The position numbers were made by a program, and so were the translations under genes. Below, in pieces: positions 33,781 to 46,674 of a stretch of DNA of 64,000 bases; position 1 is the first letter of the stretch; each line of letters starts with the position of its first letter. The stretch spans positions 2,728,001-2,792,000 of the forward strand of contig OZ281495.1 in assembly GCA_965637545.1 (NCBI GenBank). The letters are read 5' to 3'. The DNA is from Phallusia mammillata (taxonomy: Eukaryota). The notes beneath the pieces were generated by a model. That model was not told where the DNA came from and did not search any database. It was given only the letters and a program-made list of their open reading frames with translations.

Positions 33781-36700
33781 GGGCTCTTCTCTTCTCTCCC
33801 CCAATATCTCGGAGTCATCTTTAAACTCTTACTATGGGTCTTAAACACTTCTTTGACGAGTTTAGGTCGCTCCATATCCAGATAACGACGAAGCAGAACT
33901 GCCGTTTTGAAGAATTTATGGCGATGTTTTATCTAGAGGGACTACCTTTGTATGCATACAAGAAGATGTTGGTCGCTTGCCGGTGTGCAAACCGACGCCA
34001 GTCAATCTTTAAGATTACTTTCGCTGAGGAATGCACACATGAGCTCTCACAGATTCACAGGAAATTCAAAAACGGTTTCCGCTATCATGATGATACACAT
34101 ACCCATTACACTCTAATCTTGAAGAGCTTTTACCCTCCTAAGCCATTGACACGCCTCACTCTGTTCCCTGTACCGGCAGAGTTCGGCACAAAGCAATTTG
34201 CGCAGCTGAGAAGTTAGACTGGGGAATCTACTCTAAGCATACTTTTCTTACATATAAAAAAATACCGAATCAAAGATTTCTGTAATGAAGAGAAACCTGA
34301 TAAGTCTTTCTTTAACACAGAACAAATAAAACAGGAAAACTCGAGTATCAGATCCCTAAAAATAGACGACCAAATAACTACCGATGAAGATAAACTCACA
34401 CAGTAAGTCCAACACTACTATAAAAGCCTTTGGCAAACGGAAAACACGAGAAATGTATCGGCGCAAATTATTTTCTTTCCCAAATTACTACGTTTCCAGA
34501 AGAACCAATAGACTCACCAATAACAATTGAAGTTGCAAGAAAAATGCAAGCGTTAAACTCATTCCTAAAAAGCAAGATAAAACTCTAATAAAAAACTAGC
34601 GACCAATTTCCTTACTTAATGTAGATTATAAAATAATTAGTAAAACAGTAGCGAAAAGACGTTAAAATGAACTTAATAACAAAATTAGCATCGAGCAAAA
34701 ATGTGGACTAAACAAAAGCTACATCCAGGACATTCATTATAATATCCAAACCGCAATCGAATATAGTTATCAAAAACAAACCCCTTTGGCCTTAATTCAA
34801 ATTGACATAGAAAAAGCATTCGACACCGTGGATCATGATTTTGTGAACAAAATTCTGGAAGTTTTAAACGTTAACATATACACCGGAAATTGGATCAAAA
34901 TTTTACACAAAGATATCACGAGAACAGTCAATGTAAACGGAAGAAAAACAAATAAAATATCTATAAAACGAGGAGTCCGCCAAGGGTGTGGCTTATCGAT
35001 GATTCTTTACGTGACTGTATGCCAAGTGCTAATACAAGCAGTAAACAATAACCAACAAATAAACGGAATAAAAATTGGTAAAATAGAAGCGAAAATCGAA
35101 CAATATGCGGATGACTCGACATTTCTCGTTTCCAATAAACAATCCCTATTAGAAATTTTTATCATTATGAATTTGTATCATCAAGCATCTGGACAAAGAT
35201 TAATCAAAATAAAACAGAAATACTCCCAATATCCCAATTTTTACATGACGAATTAGGTATACTATACCCTGACTTCATAAAACTTACTACTTGGACTAAA
35301 ATGCAAAAGACACGCGAGAAAATTGTGTTCCCATTATACGGCATGCAAAGCATATATATATAACAACAACCTTCGCACGACGCAAACTATCCTTTATCGG
35401 TAAAATCGCGATAATCAATACACTTATTCTCCCCAAGATACTTTTTGTGGCTACAGTTGTAAACCCAACCCAAACCCATATCAAAGAAATTAACTATGAA
35501 TTTTTTTTGGTTTCCAGGAAAAATTGAGCAAATGGCCCGAAAGAAACTAATATCGCAAAAAAATAAAGGCGGGTTAAAACTCCCAGATTTGGAAACAAAA
35601 ATAAATGCGTTAAAGCTTGAAAAACTACAAGAATTTATTAATTCCTAAAATATTTGTGAAATCTGGCAGCGCTGGGCAATATATAATCTCGGCACGAAAT
35701 TAAAACAGATAAAACCCTCGCTTTTCGATAATACCACACCCAAAGCCTGGAAACCAAATAGAAGCTGGACCCAAATTTATGAAACCTATTTACTTTTAAT
35801 TGATGAAAATGAAGAATTCAATTGGAAAAAAGCCAAATTACGCCATTTTTATTATGAGCTAATAAAGAAAAAAAGAAGTCGATTGTACACCAACAACCAT
35901 CGATGATTACAGTTGGAAACGGGCAGTATTTCTCCAACAGGGAATAAGGTCCTTTTTTCAGCAACATGGAGCGACAAATAACGTTTCTAACCATACACAA
36001 AGCGTTTAAATGGGGTGATTTTGATCGCTCCAAAAATCGATTTATAATGAGGGATGGTTCAATCAAAATTAATCGATGCAAATTCTGTAAGGATAGAAAC
36101 GATAACATAGAACACCTTCTAACGAAGTGTCCTATTAGTAACTTAATCTCAAATAGCAAACTTTGCTAAAATGATTACAATTTGGAAACACCCCTCTGGC
36201 AAATTAAAATAATTGCAATTAGGCGATCTAAAATCATCAAAAAATGGCAAAAACTAGATTTGCTTAAGCATCTGCATAATACAAACTCTTTTGCAAACAA
36301 AATGGCCGCCAAAATTTTCACTACCTTCAAAACAGGAATACAAACCTTTGTTAAAAAATACGGCGACAATTATATTGAAGTGAAATTCGGTTTAGGCACG
36401 GACTACTTTTACGCAGCCACGTAAAGAACAGAACTACCGCTCCTTATTTATTACGCTTTCGCTATACATACTATTGTGTATATTGTAATACAAATCTTAT
36501 GTGTAATTGTACCATGTGTTGTCACTCTACGTTTATGAAATAATAACTTATGTCAACTGTACCTAAAACCTGTGTTTAGTAATATTTGCTGAATTATCGT
36601 GTCTATGTTTGAACACCCCCTCTCATTTACTTCCGCTTTGAAATGAAGGATAAAATGTACTGTATCGCCCTGCCTTGCACTAAGTTTTTTTTTCGTACCG

Positions 36701-36820
36701 TTTTAGTTATTTTGGAGGGATAAACATGCCCTTTTTTATGGAGGCGACAAGGTAATTTTATTATCGGCCGGTCGTCACATGTTGAGGCGCGGAGGGGCCT
36801 CTACAATAATAATAATAAAA
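33781..36820 (+). mobile_element. Decayed non-LTR retrotransposon, L1/Tx1 type
   Basis: RT motifs IDIEKAFDTVDH, RGVRQGCGLS, QYADDSTF (34786-35256); CCHC finger CKFC...EHLLTKC; frameshifts and stops; (AAT)n tail at 36805-36820; endonuclease region not recognisable. Confidence 0.9.
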
Positions 36821-37071
36821 TCTTGACAAGAATGTGCAGATTATATTTAATCAGTTTAAACAAATTATGTCTTTATAATTTTTAATAATACGCTTTTCGA
36901 GATTTTTTGCCAACCATGTAGTAAGCCTGCGTGCCACATGAAAACCCTTTGTGTACCACAATTAGGGAACCACTGGTCAAGTGGCTAAACACAGCGACAG
37001 GTTGTAGGTGTAAGATGGTTTTGCTCGCTCACAGCGAATTCTGCGCAACAAAAACACAATGACGTCACAAT

Positions 37072-37200
37072 TGATGTTGCCTTGACTCATTTCATAGTAA
37101 TGCAAACACCAAACCTCCCATTTACATCGCATTTCTTCTTTTATTTGTAAGTTGCGAATTTATTGGACCATGTTACGCATCAGTGCGATCACGTGATCAC
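37072..37200 (-). pseudogene. Orphan fragment of a fifth TPR exon
   Basis: DHVIALMRNMVQ*IRNLQIKEEMRCKWEVWCLHYYEMSQ aligns to residues ~59-97 of the TPR ORFs; in-frame stop. Confidence 0.85.
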
Positions 37201-38610
37201 CTACTCGGAAAAGATAAGAAACTGTCGTGGAACTGATTAAGTAATTGTTTTGTGATGTCACAAGTATGTACTCTTTCATTGTGATGTCATACTTTAATTG
37301 CATGCAAACATTAAAAGTTAAAAAAAAAACATTAAAAAAAGTTATTGATTTTTCCTCAATGTTTTACTTTGCTTCATACAGTGGTATGATGAGGCTCTTG
37401 ATCAGCAGCGATAAAAACAAATTGAAACACTTGGGATCATCTAAAGCAAAAATAAAATTAACAGAAAGAGTCAAAGCAAGAACTCAAATCCAGGTTGGGT
37501 TTGATTACAACTGCTGTGAAGTAAGAAAGACTTGTTTTGTGCTTTTCGATTCATCATTATACGTGATCTGTGTGACGAAAAACAGACAGACGAATTGTGT
37601 TTTTAGATGTTTCTGAGAATTGTTACACCTGTTTCCTCACACATGTACGCCTCCAAGCACTATACAAAACCCTTTCCTTTTAAATCAAAGATAGTGAAAG
37701 TATAAACAAATGTCTCTTCTAGTTTCAAGGGTTATGGTGACCCTTGGTTGGCTCAATTACTTGTGTTTGTATGAAAAAAAAATACACAAAACTAAAAACT
37801 CACTCGTGACCATGTTTATAGAATTTAGTTTCAAATTTTTAGAGCAAACAACATTTGTCCCTTTACTCTCTTGTTTACCTAGTGATTTTATTATAAGTTT
37901 AACTTTTGCAGGAAACGTGGTGAAAACTGGTGACAAAAATGCTTATATAGGAGCTTCTGACAACCAAATAACAGTTGAAATTTTCTTGTGGAAACTTGTT
38001 GGTGTTAAAAAGGCGCAGATGGTTGTATTTGGTCCGATACAACTTATAAAGGTTTGTTGTTTCTCGATACTAACCAAAACTGTGGTTGGTCAGATGCAAA
38101 AACTGCCAAATCATTTTACTTTTAAACCAAAGTTTGTTGTTCTCTTTATATTAACTAAAAACTATCGTGATTTTTAATGGCGTTTCTAATGGCGAAGTTA
38201 AAAATACATGACAATTTTTTTAAAAAAAACTAATACAAATACAATTGAATTTCACTACGTCTGGAAAAACATTTTATATTTACACCAAAGCCTTATCACT
38301 AAAACAAATGCGCTATGTTTAAAGAAACCTGCAATTATATACAACTAGTTAACTCTGCATTTACGTCAAATTCTTTTTTTTTAATTTTACCTGGAAATGA
38401 TGTTCTATGAAAAGTCTCTTCAAAACATTGAATTTTTATCAAATTTATGAAGAGTAAGTTTTATTTTTACATTTGTACAAAAAATCGTCACTAAATGCAG
38501 CAATTTTGCACAAAAGCAAAAAATTAAACATAAAATATATTTACAATGTGAATTTCTTTCACAATAATTGTGTCACAGACAAAACTTTAGTTGTTTTGCA
38601 GCAAACTTAA

Positions 38611-39365
38611 TTACTTGTTCAACTTTGCCTTGCATATTTGCAAACCCCTCTTAATTTTTGCAATCTCTTCTCCTCGTTGTTCCTCAGTTAAATCCTCCGC
38701 TGTTTTGTAGGCTTCGATTGCTTTTGTGAAATATTCGATTGCTTCTTTGAATTGTGAAGTGTTACCGCAAACAACACCAAGATTGCTCAACAAGTAACCG
38801 TAGATTGAATACTTTAAACTTTCATTCCCAAACTTTGTTTCCATAAGTTCAAGTCCTAGTTTTATTGTTGTTTCCCTCGATGCCAAATCCCCGATGTAAT
38901 ATTGACTCAGTTCAATGGAATGCAAACACCAAACCTCCATTTCACTTCGAATTTTTCCGTTTATTTGAAGGCAACGGATTTGCTGAGTCATGTCACGCAT
39001 TAGTGAGATCACGTGATCGCGCACGATGTCTTTGTTTCTCGTCTTTAAAGATGAATCAGAATTTTTCATCAAAAGTTTGATTGTGTCGCGAATTCCCTCT
39101 GCACATATCGCTACACTTTTCGCTACTGCAAAGCCGGGATTTTTCTTAACATGGAAATCTGCGGCAATGCTGAAAAATAGAATTGCTTGCAAATATTTGC
39201 TGTCATTTTTAAATTTTGTGGCTTTTTTTTCCAGGTTTTCTGCAGTGACCCCTGGTTGACCTGTGATTGACCTTGAAAGTCGTTGTTTTGTTGTTTTTGC
39301 TTTGTCATACTTTTCTGTTTTTAATAAATCAATATAGTTTTGAATGCGTTGGTTGAATTCGCCGT
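38611..39365 (-). CDS. Unit 2 terminal TPR-like exon
   Basis: ttttgcag|AC, phase 1; 57 open codons upstream of the ORF-track start. Confidence 0.88.
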
Positions 39366-42300
39366 CTGCAAAAAAGTAAATATTTTTTCCTTTAGTTCCA
39401 AAAAATAAGAAATAAATAATAAATTTGTAGACGTTTTTCGCCTACTAAACTTGAGCTGCGACCACACGTTCCACTGCTTTATGTTTTTGTGATGCAAATA
39501 AATAAAAAAGGAAACTTAGAGGTTTTATCTTATGCAATATATGACAAAGACAAGATAAATTCCACGCAGTGTACATCACGCACCAGGGGCATTAATGGCG
39601 TCAATTCATATTTTAGGATTTCCACGAAGTTTGTTACCGCGATTCGCTTTAATTAATGATTTGATTGACAGTGGAAAAGATGTTGCCATCGGCTTTATTT
39701 CGAAGGGCAATGTTTTAGTAAAATTTATTGTGCTTATTTATAGAAATGCCCTTGTTTTTGATCTGATTCCTTATTTTGTACCGAAATAACAATCAGATTC
39801 CTGCTTAAAGTAAAAGTAAACCTAGACCGGAGCTGTCGTAACTCGTAAGATACTCGTATTTTCTACGAACAAAGAGTTGCTTAAATGGATTATTTCTGGT
39901 AACATATATGGCATGTAATATGTCATGGCTCATAGCAGTGTAAAGATTGTTTAAAACGTTGGCTTCATTTTGTCTAAAATTTAATTTTTCGGGTGTCCTT
40001 ATTTTGGGATCCATGTCAATGGCAACCCTGGTTAAGGTAAAAACATCGTTAAATTAGTGTTTGCAAGATCGAGCGTTTGGGTCGTGACTGATACGATCTG
40101 AGGAAATAGTAAATTGACAATTGACCGTTTATAATGCCGAAAACGTTTTTTTTACTCGTTAGTCGGTGGTTATAACATAACTGTTAACAGGATGAGTTCG
40201 AACAAGTCATTGCAGTCATACCAGATAGCTGCTTCTGGGAATTACCATTTGTTAAAATTAAGTTTGTACTGCCTCATGTGCGCCCTTTGTTGGATTGTTG
40301 GATTGTTTTTTCACGGAATAAACTGGCAAAGACACAAAAATCTCAAAAAAGATTTTTTTACAACAATTTAATTGGTAGTTAAGAGTAGATATTAGTATCG
40401 ACGTCAACAAACATGTGGAATTACATTAAGATCCCCACAGCAAATTAGTTACAATTATTAAATTAATTGACAGTTGGCAATGTGTTGCAATATGTGATTG
40501 ACAACAAACTAATCAACTATTTCGTTGCTTGAACCATAATAATTGCAAAACTGGTTGGCTGTTAAGCACGGACAAAAAATACGGACAACAAAAAACGTTA
40601 TGTTTGCAGCTTTTGGATGCCAGCACACAAGATCAAACATTTTTACCTACAGGTTGCTTTGGTGATGTTTTGCCAAAACGGGGGAATATTTTTTTCAAGA
40701 ATGTTGTCGAGCGTTTCTTGGAATTTTGGCTGATAGGATATACAAAAAAAAAATTTAAACGATAAATATTTCTTTGACGACATATAGACAGTATTTCTGT
40801 TGCTGATTGTACTTTTTTCTTTTGTTTTGAAAAGGTGCATTTGCCACTCTTAGCAACTGCTTGTTGGTTTACCTGCAGGTTGCTGTGGTGATGTGCTGCT
40901 GGAATGAGCGATTTCCTCTTGTGGTACAGTGGGGCGTTTCTCATCACCGTGTCCAACTGGATCTGAAGAACATCAATTAAGAATAAAATAATAGTTTAAA
41001 ATAATCACTTATCCAATGCAAACAAATCGTTTGTCACCGAATATTCAGCTATTGTCAATTAAATAAGATTACTAAAAGTTAATAAGATTACTAGTGCTGG
41101 ATTGTTGCGTATAAATTTTTATGTTTTCTTATTATTTTTCACGCTATGTCATTATGAACTTAGCTTGTGTAACGTCAAGTGCACAATTACACGATACACC
41201 CCAAAGTGTTTAACTTTCGTACTGACGTCGAGGAGCGTCTTGCAGCAACGTGACTGGTGGAATCTAATCAATTAAAATTTGCACAAAACGTTTGTTTGAA
41301 AATGTTCAGCAACACAAACAGATAGAAGTGTCACACATGTAACTGTTGGCAATATCTGTTGAACGAAATTCAATTCAATATATCTCATACCCTCCCTCTT
41401 TTGTCTGCTGGATGGAGACACCTTGTCTTGATAGGAAGGAGATTGTACTTGCTCTCGTGTGCCTTTTGTCGGTCTAGATGATTGTCCATCGGTGTCACCT
41501 GATGTGGAGGGAACTAAAAAATATTAAAGACTTTTCTACCACAGAACATAATAAAAAATCCCCACACAACAATTGGCAACATCTTATTCATCAACTTTAT
41601 TAGGATAAAATAAGTTTCCGCGAGACAAACTATCTCCAACTTGGGTAAAGTATTCTGTTTCTCGCGGAAGTTACCGCTATTGTGTGTTTAATATTTTACC
41701 ATGAAAACTTCTGGACTTGGTTGAAAAATAATGAAGAAAAACGCGTCGACCTTCGATAACTTGCGGTTGCTCGTCCAAATCCATTTGAGTCAAAGTTGTC
41801 AAAACTTGAGAAAGTAGCTTGGTTTTCTGTTTGTCTAAATACTTTTTTAATTCTTTTTTTATTTTATTCATTGTGGGACGTTTTGTGGGATCTTGATCCC
41901 AGCATCGCTTCATCAGTAGTTGGAGTTGCTCTGCGATTTCTCTGTCTTCACCGACCAAAGTTTGCATCCAATCCTGTATTTCTCGACAGTCTGGTCTTTT
42001 TTCTCTCTTAATTAATTCCAATAACCCCCTTCGCTCTTCTTCTGCCAGACGTGGATAAGGTGCTTTACGAGCCAAGACCCAATACAATAACATACTGAAT
42101 GCATACACGTCATGCTGCTTCCTTGGTTTCATGGTGGGATCCTTCAATTTTTCCGGAGCGGTGTAGTAGGGAGTATATTGTGGTCTTTCTTTCTTGGTTC
42201 GTGCCAAAGGATTCACAGTTGCCGAAATACTATATGTTGCCAGTTCGGCGGAACCAAAATCAGCCAATCTACAGCTTAGTTCTTTGGTAAGCAAAACGTT

Positions 42301-45300
42301 TCCAGGTTTTAGGTCCTGGTGAATTAAACGTTTGTCTGACAAGTTGTGACAGAAAGTCAATGCTGATGCTATTTCGTATAAAATGCGAAGGCGCACAGCA
42401 AGGTCCAGTTCTATGGATGTATCCATTAGTAGTGTTTCTAAATCTCCACCTTTGCAGTATTCCATCACAATTCCCATTGAGAAAGACCATTGAACGTAGC
42501 CGAAAATCTTAACGACATTTTCATGATCTGCTTTCAGCAAGTGTTCCATTTCTTCCTCTATCCTAAAGAATATTTCAATCAATTTTGCTAAGGTGGTTTT
42601 GTATGTGACAAATCTTACATTTTCACAGCGAGTGATTTTTTCTTTTTTCCACCAGCTACCTCAAATACTTTGATGGCAACTTCCTTCTTTAACCCATTGT
42701 GGTATCCAAATAGAACATCCCCGAAACCTCCTGAACCGGCCACAAAGTCATCAAGGTTGCACGTGATGTCACTACAGTCCAATTCCCGTAACTGTACAGA
42801 AGAGATGAGAATATACAAATGGTAGCACTCACATGAGACAAAGTTTGGTAAAAAAATAGGTATAAAACGCAAAGAGCACTAATACCTCTTTCAAAAGAAA
42901 TTTCTGTGAAACGGTTTAGGCCAGTGGTTCTTAACCGGGATTCGGCGTTGCCGAACCCCTGGGGTTCGATCGAACGTATTTTTGAAGTGCAATACAAATA
43001 CTCGTTTTTGACTTTAGTGTATCAAAACCCTGGAAGGTTAAACTTAGGCAGGGCTGTTTTAAACATCTCGAAACAGTTTTTGTGGCACTAAAAAGAGTAT
43101 TACCAGCCTAATAACTATATGTATCAGACGTTTTGTACGCCTATTGTGTGCCAACAATGCGAACAAAACAGGTACCACAAGCATCACAATATAGATTATG
43201 ACATAATAAACACTTAAGTGATCTCCTCGCTGTGCAGCCAATCTGTGTACCGAGCTAGAAATTAATTTGGGCTTTTTGGGCGCTATTAGATGGTAAATAC
43301 ATAATATCAACAAAACAAAAATAAGCAGGCGGTCGTTGGTGAAATAAGAATCTGCGATGCAGGTGCACCCCTGCACTAAGGTTTTAATTTCTTTTTTGAC
43401 GTAACAAAGAGCATTGTTCGCGTTGTTCCTAAGCAGAAACACAACGAAATTTTGTTGACAGCAAAAACTTATTTCTTCATCTTTTTCATGTTTGTGTACA
43501 GATGCTAAAGATACAATGCTTTATTTTGGTAAAGCAAAAAATTGCCGGTATTAAAGCACTTATGAAACAAGTGGCTTGTATTACTGTATTATGTCAGAAT
43601 TGAACAAAATGACAAACAGTAACTGTTGCCATTACGATTGAACAAAAACTAATTATGACCCACCAAAGAAAATGGGGCAAAAACCTGGGATGTAACTTTG
43701 GGGTTCGACCAAAGGCTGAAGAATATCGTAAGGGTTCGGCCGTTATAAAAAGGTTAAGAACCACTGGTTTAGGCTATTTGGCAAAGGCGACTCGTGCTTA
43801 AAATTGTTGGGGGTGCTGCTCCCAGTTTTAAAAAAAAAAATAATACACGCTTGAACTTGCAGCTACTTTGTGACGTGTTTTCGTCACGCCTTAATGCACA
43901 TGAGTGTAAACAACAGACCGTATCATTTGTGTATTTTGTTTACTTGCACGGCGACAAACCAAACACAATAATTTGGGCATTAACAATTTTCTTCTTGATT
44001 TCAAAATTATAATTAAAACAATATTTTCTGATGCAAACAGTGCCAGTGCATCATTTTTCAAAGTTTACAGGTAATTTTGTGCCTTTGAAGTAAGTAGGGA
44101 AATGCATAAGAAATTTTATGTATGATTGTTATCTCGATATAGCAGGGCTTCTCAAATGGCGGACCCCGGTCCATATCCGGACCTTTGAGGCGTTTGACGG
44201 TCATTTGGTTACGGCAACATATAGACAATTATTTGTGTGTTAATTACTTGATCATTGCTATTTAGCGATAGTTTTTAAACTGAGGTTCGCATAGCATTTG
44301 ATCGAGGGACTTTGAGGAGTCTAATACTATGTTTCCATGTCGCGTTTTGGCTTAGCCCAAACTGTTATGTCCATGTTTTGAATTTAGCGCCAAAAACGAG
44401 TCGTGTTTCCATGTCGCTAACGCAGTCAAGCGTAACGTGGTACAGCGATCTGTTGCCTGCCTCGCGGGATTCGAAACTAAAACGAAATATGGTAAACAGG
44501 CTTTGGAATGTAATAAAAACAACAAACTGTGCTGCCTACAAATTAACTTCTTCATCGTAAGCTGACTTGAGTGAATTAGGATTTGAAAAAACTACGAAAA
44601 TTAGCTTCTACAGATAGAGAGTTGATACTGCTGTTATCTAAAATGAGCAGGTCTATTACTAAGAAACTAGTTTGATGTATTAGAGTTTTTGGAGATAAAC
44701 AAAGTAATAGGAAGTTTTAAAGTAAGAACAACCTTTATCAAAGAAGGACCAGATGCACTGTGCTTGGTAAGACTTGCTTATTTTGTGTTAGTAATCATTT
44801 TTTAATGACTTATTTCAACCTTGCACAGTTATGTGTTATTGGTGTTTAAACATTTATGTGTGCTTCTACACATTCTTTTCTTGTTTAATAAAGGCAACAA
44901 TCTAACTGTTGTTTCTTTACACTTAACAGAAAACAGTTATTTACTAAATTAATTTTTGCTTTTAGGCTTGACAACCAAGAACTACTCAATCACTTGCAAG
45001 AACTCAAGCTGTTTTTCCAGCAAACCAGTTAATGATTCTCTCTATGTATGCGAATGAAGTGATTGTGTTAATACTGTGACTCTATTTTGTCTGTTTTCAA
45101 TTTGCAATACAAAAATTTGAACAATTTTTAAACTACCATTGGTGATTTTATTACACAGTCAATGCACAGAAATGATAGAATATAATTAAAACGCTAAAAA
45201 CAGTTTTCAATAAAGTAGTCACCAATAATTGATGCACCAGAACAAGAAAAATAGACAGAAGATGTACATATCACAATTTACAAAATTCATATCACCACAA

Positions 45301-46674
45301 CCTTTCGGAAGTATTTTCAATGATAGTTTTAAGTACTACCCTGTTGCTACTAAGTATGATCTTGTAAAGTAAGTATTGAGTGGACTGGGTCAGCATCACC
45401 CAAATCATTGAAGAAATGGCTGTTCCTTCAGTAAACACATGACCATATACAAAATAATCAACAATTAGGTATTGCAACAAAGCCAATTGACTGATTTAGA
45501 TTAAGTTGCTTCATGTTGCCTGCCAGGGCATTTTATGCAAACTATGTTGAAATAGCAAAAGTGATGGAACTTGTTTCACATAATAACTAAGATTTAAATG
45601 TAGTTCATAAAATGTTTTGAGGATTTTAACTCACCTGTATCTTATAAAATTAAGTATCATCAGCTTTTCCTGACATTGCCAACAAAAACGAAACGTGATT
45701 TTGTAGTGCTGAATCTTGTCCTGAAATAATTCATGGCGTACAGGTTGCACAACTTATTATTCAATTCTGTTCATATTTACATGCATACATCTACTGTAAT
45801 GCCTTTCAAATCACTATACTGAATGCTAGCAATATACATCCGTTGGCAAAAGTACTTCTCAATTCCAAATTAAGCTCTGATATAATGTTTTAACTCAACT
45901 TTCGAATATAACTGCGCTGTTCGGCACTTTCAAGCTTGCAATACATGTAAACGGTTCACAACAAAAACATGGCCCAAAACATACATGGCCTAAACTGAGT
46001 TTAAACCACTTGAATTAGATGGCCTAAAAAAATTCGGTTTGGGCCAAGTAATTTTGCTGCGTCATGTTTTTCACTTCCAAATATGGTCACATGGCCCAAA
46101 TACTTGGCCCAAACTCGCGACATGGAAACGTAGTATAAGTCTTTCCAAAATCTGATTTGCCCAACTGTGACAAAAATGGTCGACATTTCCACTATACAAT
46201 TAACAAAGCGGGGGAAGGGAGAAAGTAAATTCATGTTTAGTGCCCAGTTGCATTTCTGACAAAAGTGACCGGACCTTTGGTAATCTTTACTCTTTCTATA
46301 TGAACTATTTAAGTAGTACTGCTGTATATTGTAGTAGAAATATCAGGTAAAAATATCTAGGGGTGATGCAGCTTCGCAGGTGATGTTTCGTATCAACAAC
46401 ATACAAAGGAACAGAAAAAAGCAATTTTAGCTCAAATCCCCAATCTCTACCGATCACAGTTCTTTTTTGACGGGTTTCGAACCCAGGACACTCCCAGGTA
46501 CGAATCGCGATCAGGGTTATTTATGTCTGAAAATGGGTAAGGCGCGCCGGGCCATTTGGCCAAAATCTTGCTCCCCAAAAAACAAAAAAAAATAACCTCA
46601 ACATATGTTAACCTCAAACATAACATAATAACCTCAACACATAAGCAAATATTTACCTCGTTCGCTGACGTCAT
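38611..46674 (-). CDS. Unit 2 gene model: RIPK-like kinase - A - B' - TPR-like domain (~673 aa)
   Basis: Exons 46657-46674, 42619-42791, 41700-42562, 41391-41513, 40873-40962, 38611-39365 sum to 2022 nt = 674 codons. Confidence 0.78.
40647..40739 (-). pseudogene. Linker exon with destroyed acceptor (AG>AT)
   Basis: Near-identical to exon 60687-60779, but ttgtat|AT replaces ctgtag|AT. Confidence 0.75.
40873..40962 (-). CDS. Unit 2 type-B' linker exon (DPVGHGDEKRPTVPQEEIAHSSSTSPQQPA)
   Basis: ttcag|AT ... G|gtaaac, 90 nt, phase 1-1. Confidence 0.8.
41391..41513 (-). CDS. Unit 2 type-A linker exon
   Basis: tttag|TT ... G|gtatga, 123 nt, phase 1-1. Confidence 0.8.
41700..42562 (-). CDS. Unit 2 main kinase exon
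   Basis: IHQDLKPGN, LADFG, YTAPE; tttag|G, G|gtaaaa. Confidence 0.93.
42619..42791 (-). CDS. Unit 2 kinase N-lobe exon
   Basis: gtacag|TTA; GSGGFG, VAIK; AT|gtaaga; 56-nt intron follows. Confidence 0.92.
42922..43766. mobile_element. hAT-type non-autonomous element in intron 1 of unit 2
   Basis: TIRs CAGTGGTTCTTAACC / GGTTAAGAACCACTG; 8-bp TSD gtttaggc. Confidence 0.92.
44325..46135. mobile_element. PIF/Harbinger-like non-autonomous DNA transposon
   Basis: 20-bp TIRs TACTAYGTTTCCATGTCGCG (19/20 match); 3-bp TSD TAA; weak decayed transposase-like peptide (MNYFR...) on the minus strand. Confidence 0.72.
46657..46674 (-). CDS. Unit 2 start exon (MTSANE)
   Basis: ATG ACG TCA GCG AAC GAG|gtaaat, phase 0; paralog of MTSPKE. 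Confidence 0.68.

Noticed and set aside
42792-42832. gtgagt donor 41 nt upstream of the unit 2 kinase exon
   Set aside because: Intron would be very short and no in-frame ATG was found; the MTSANE exon explains the start better.
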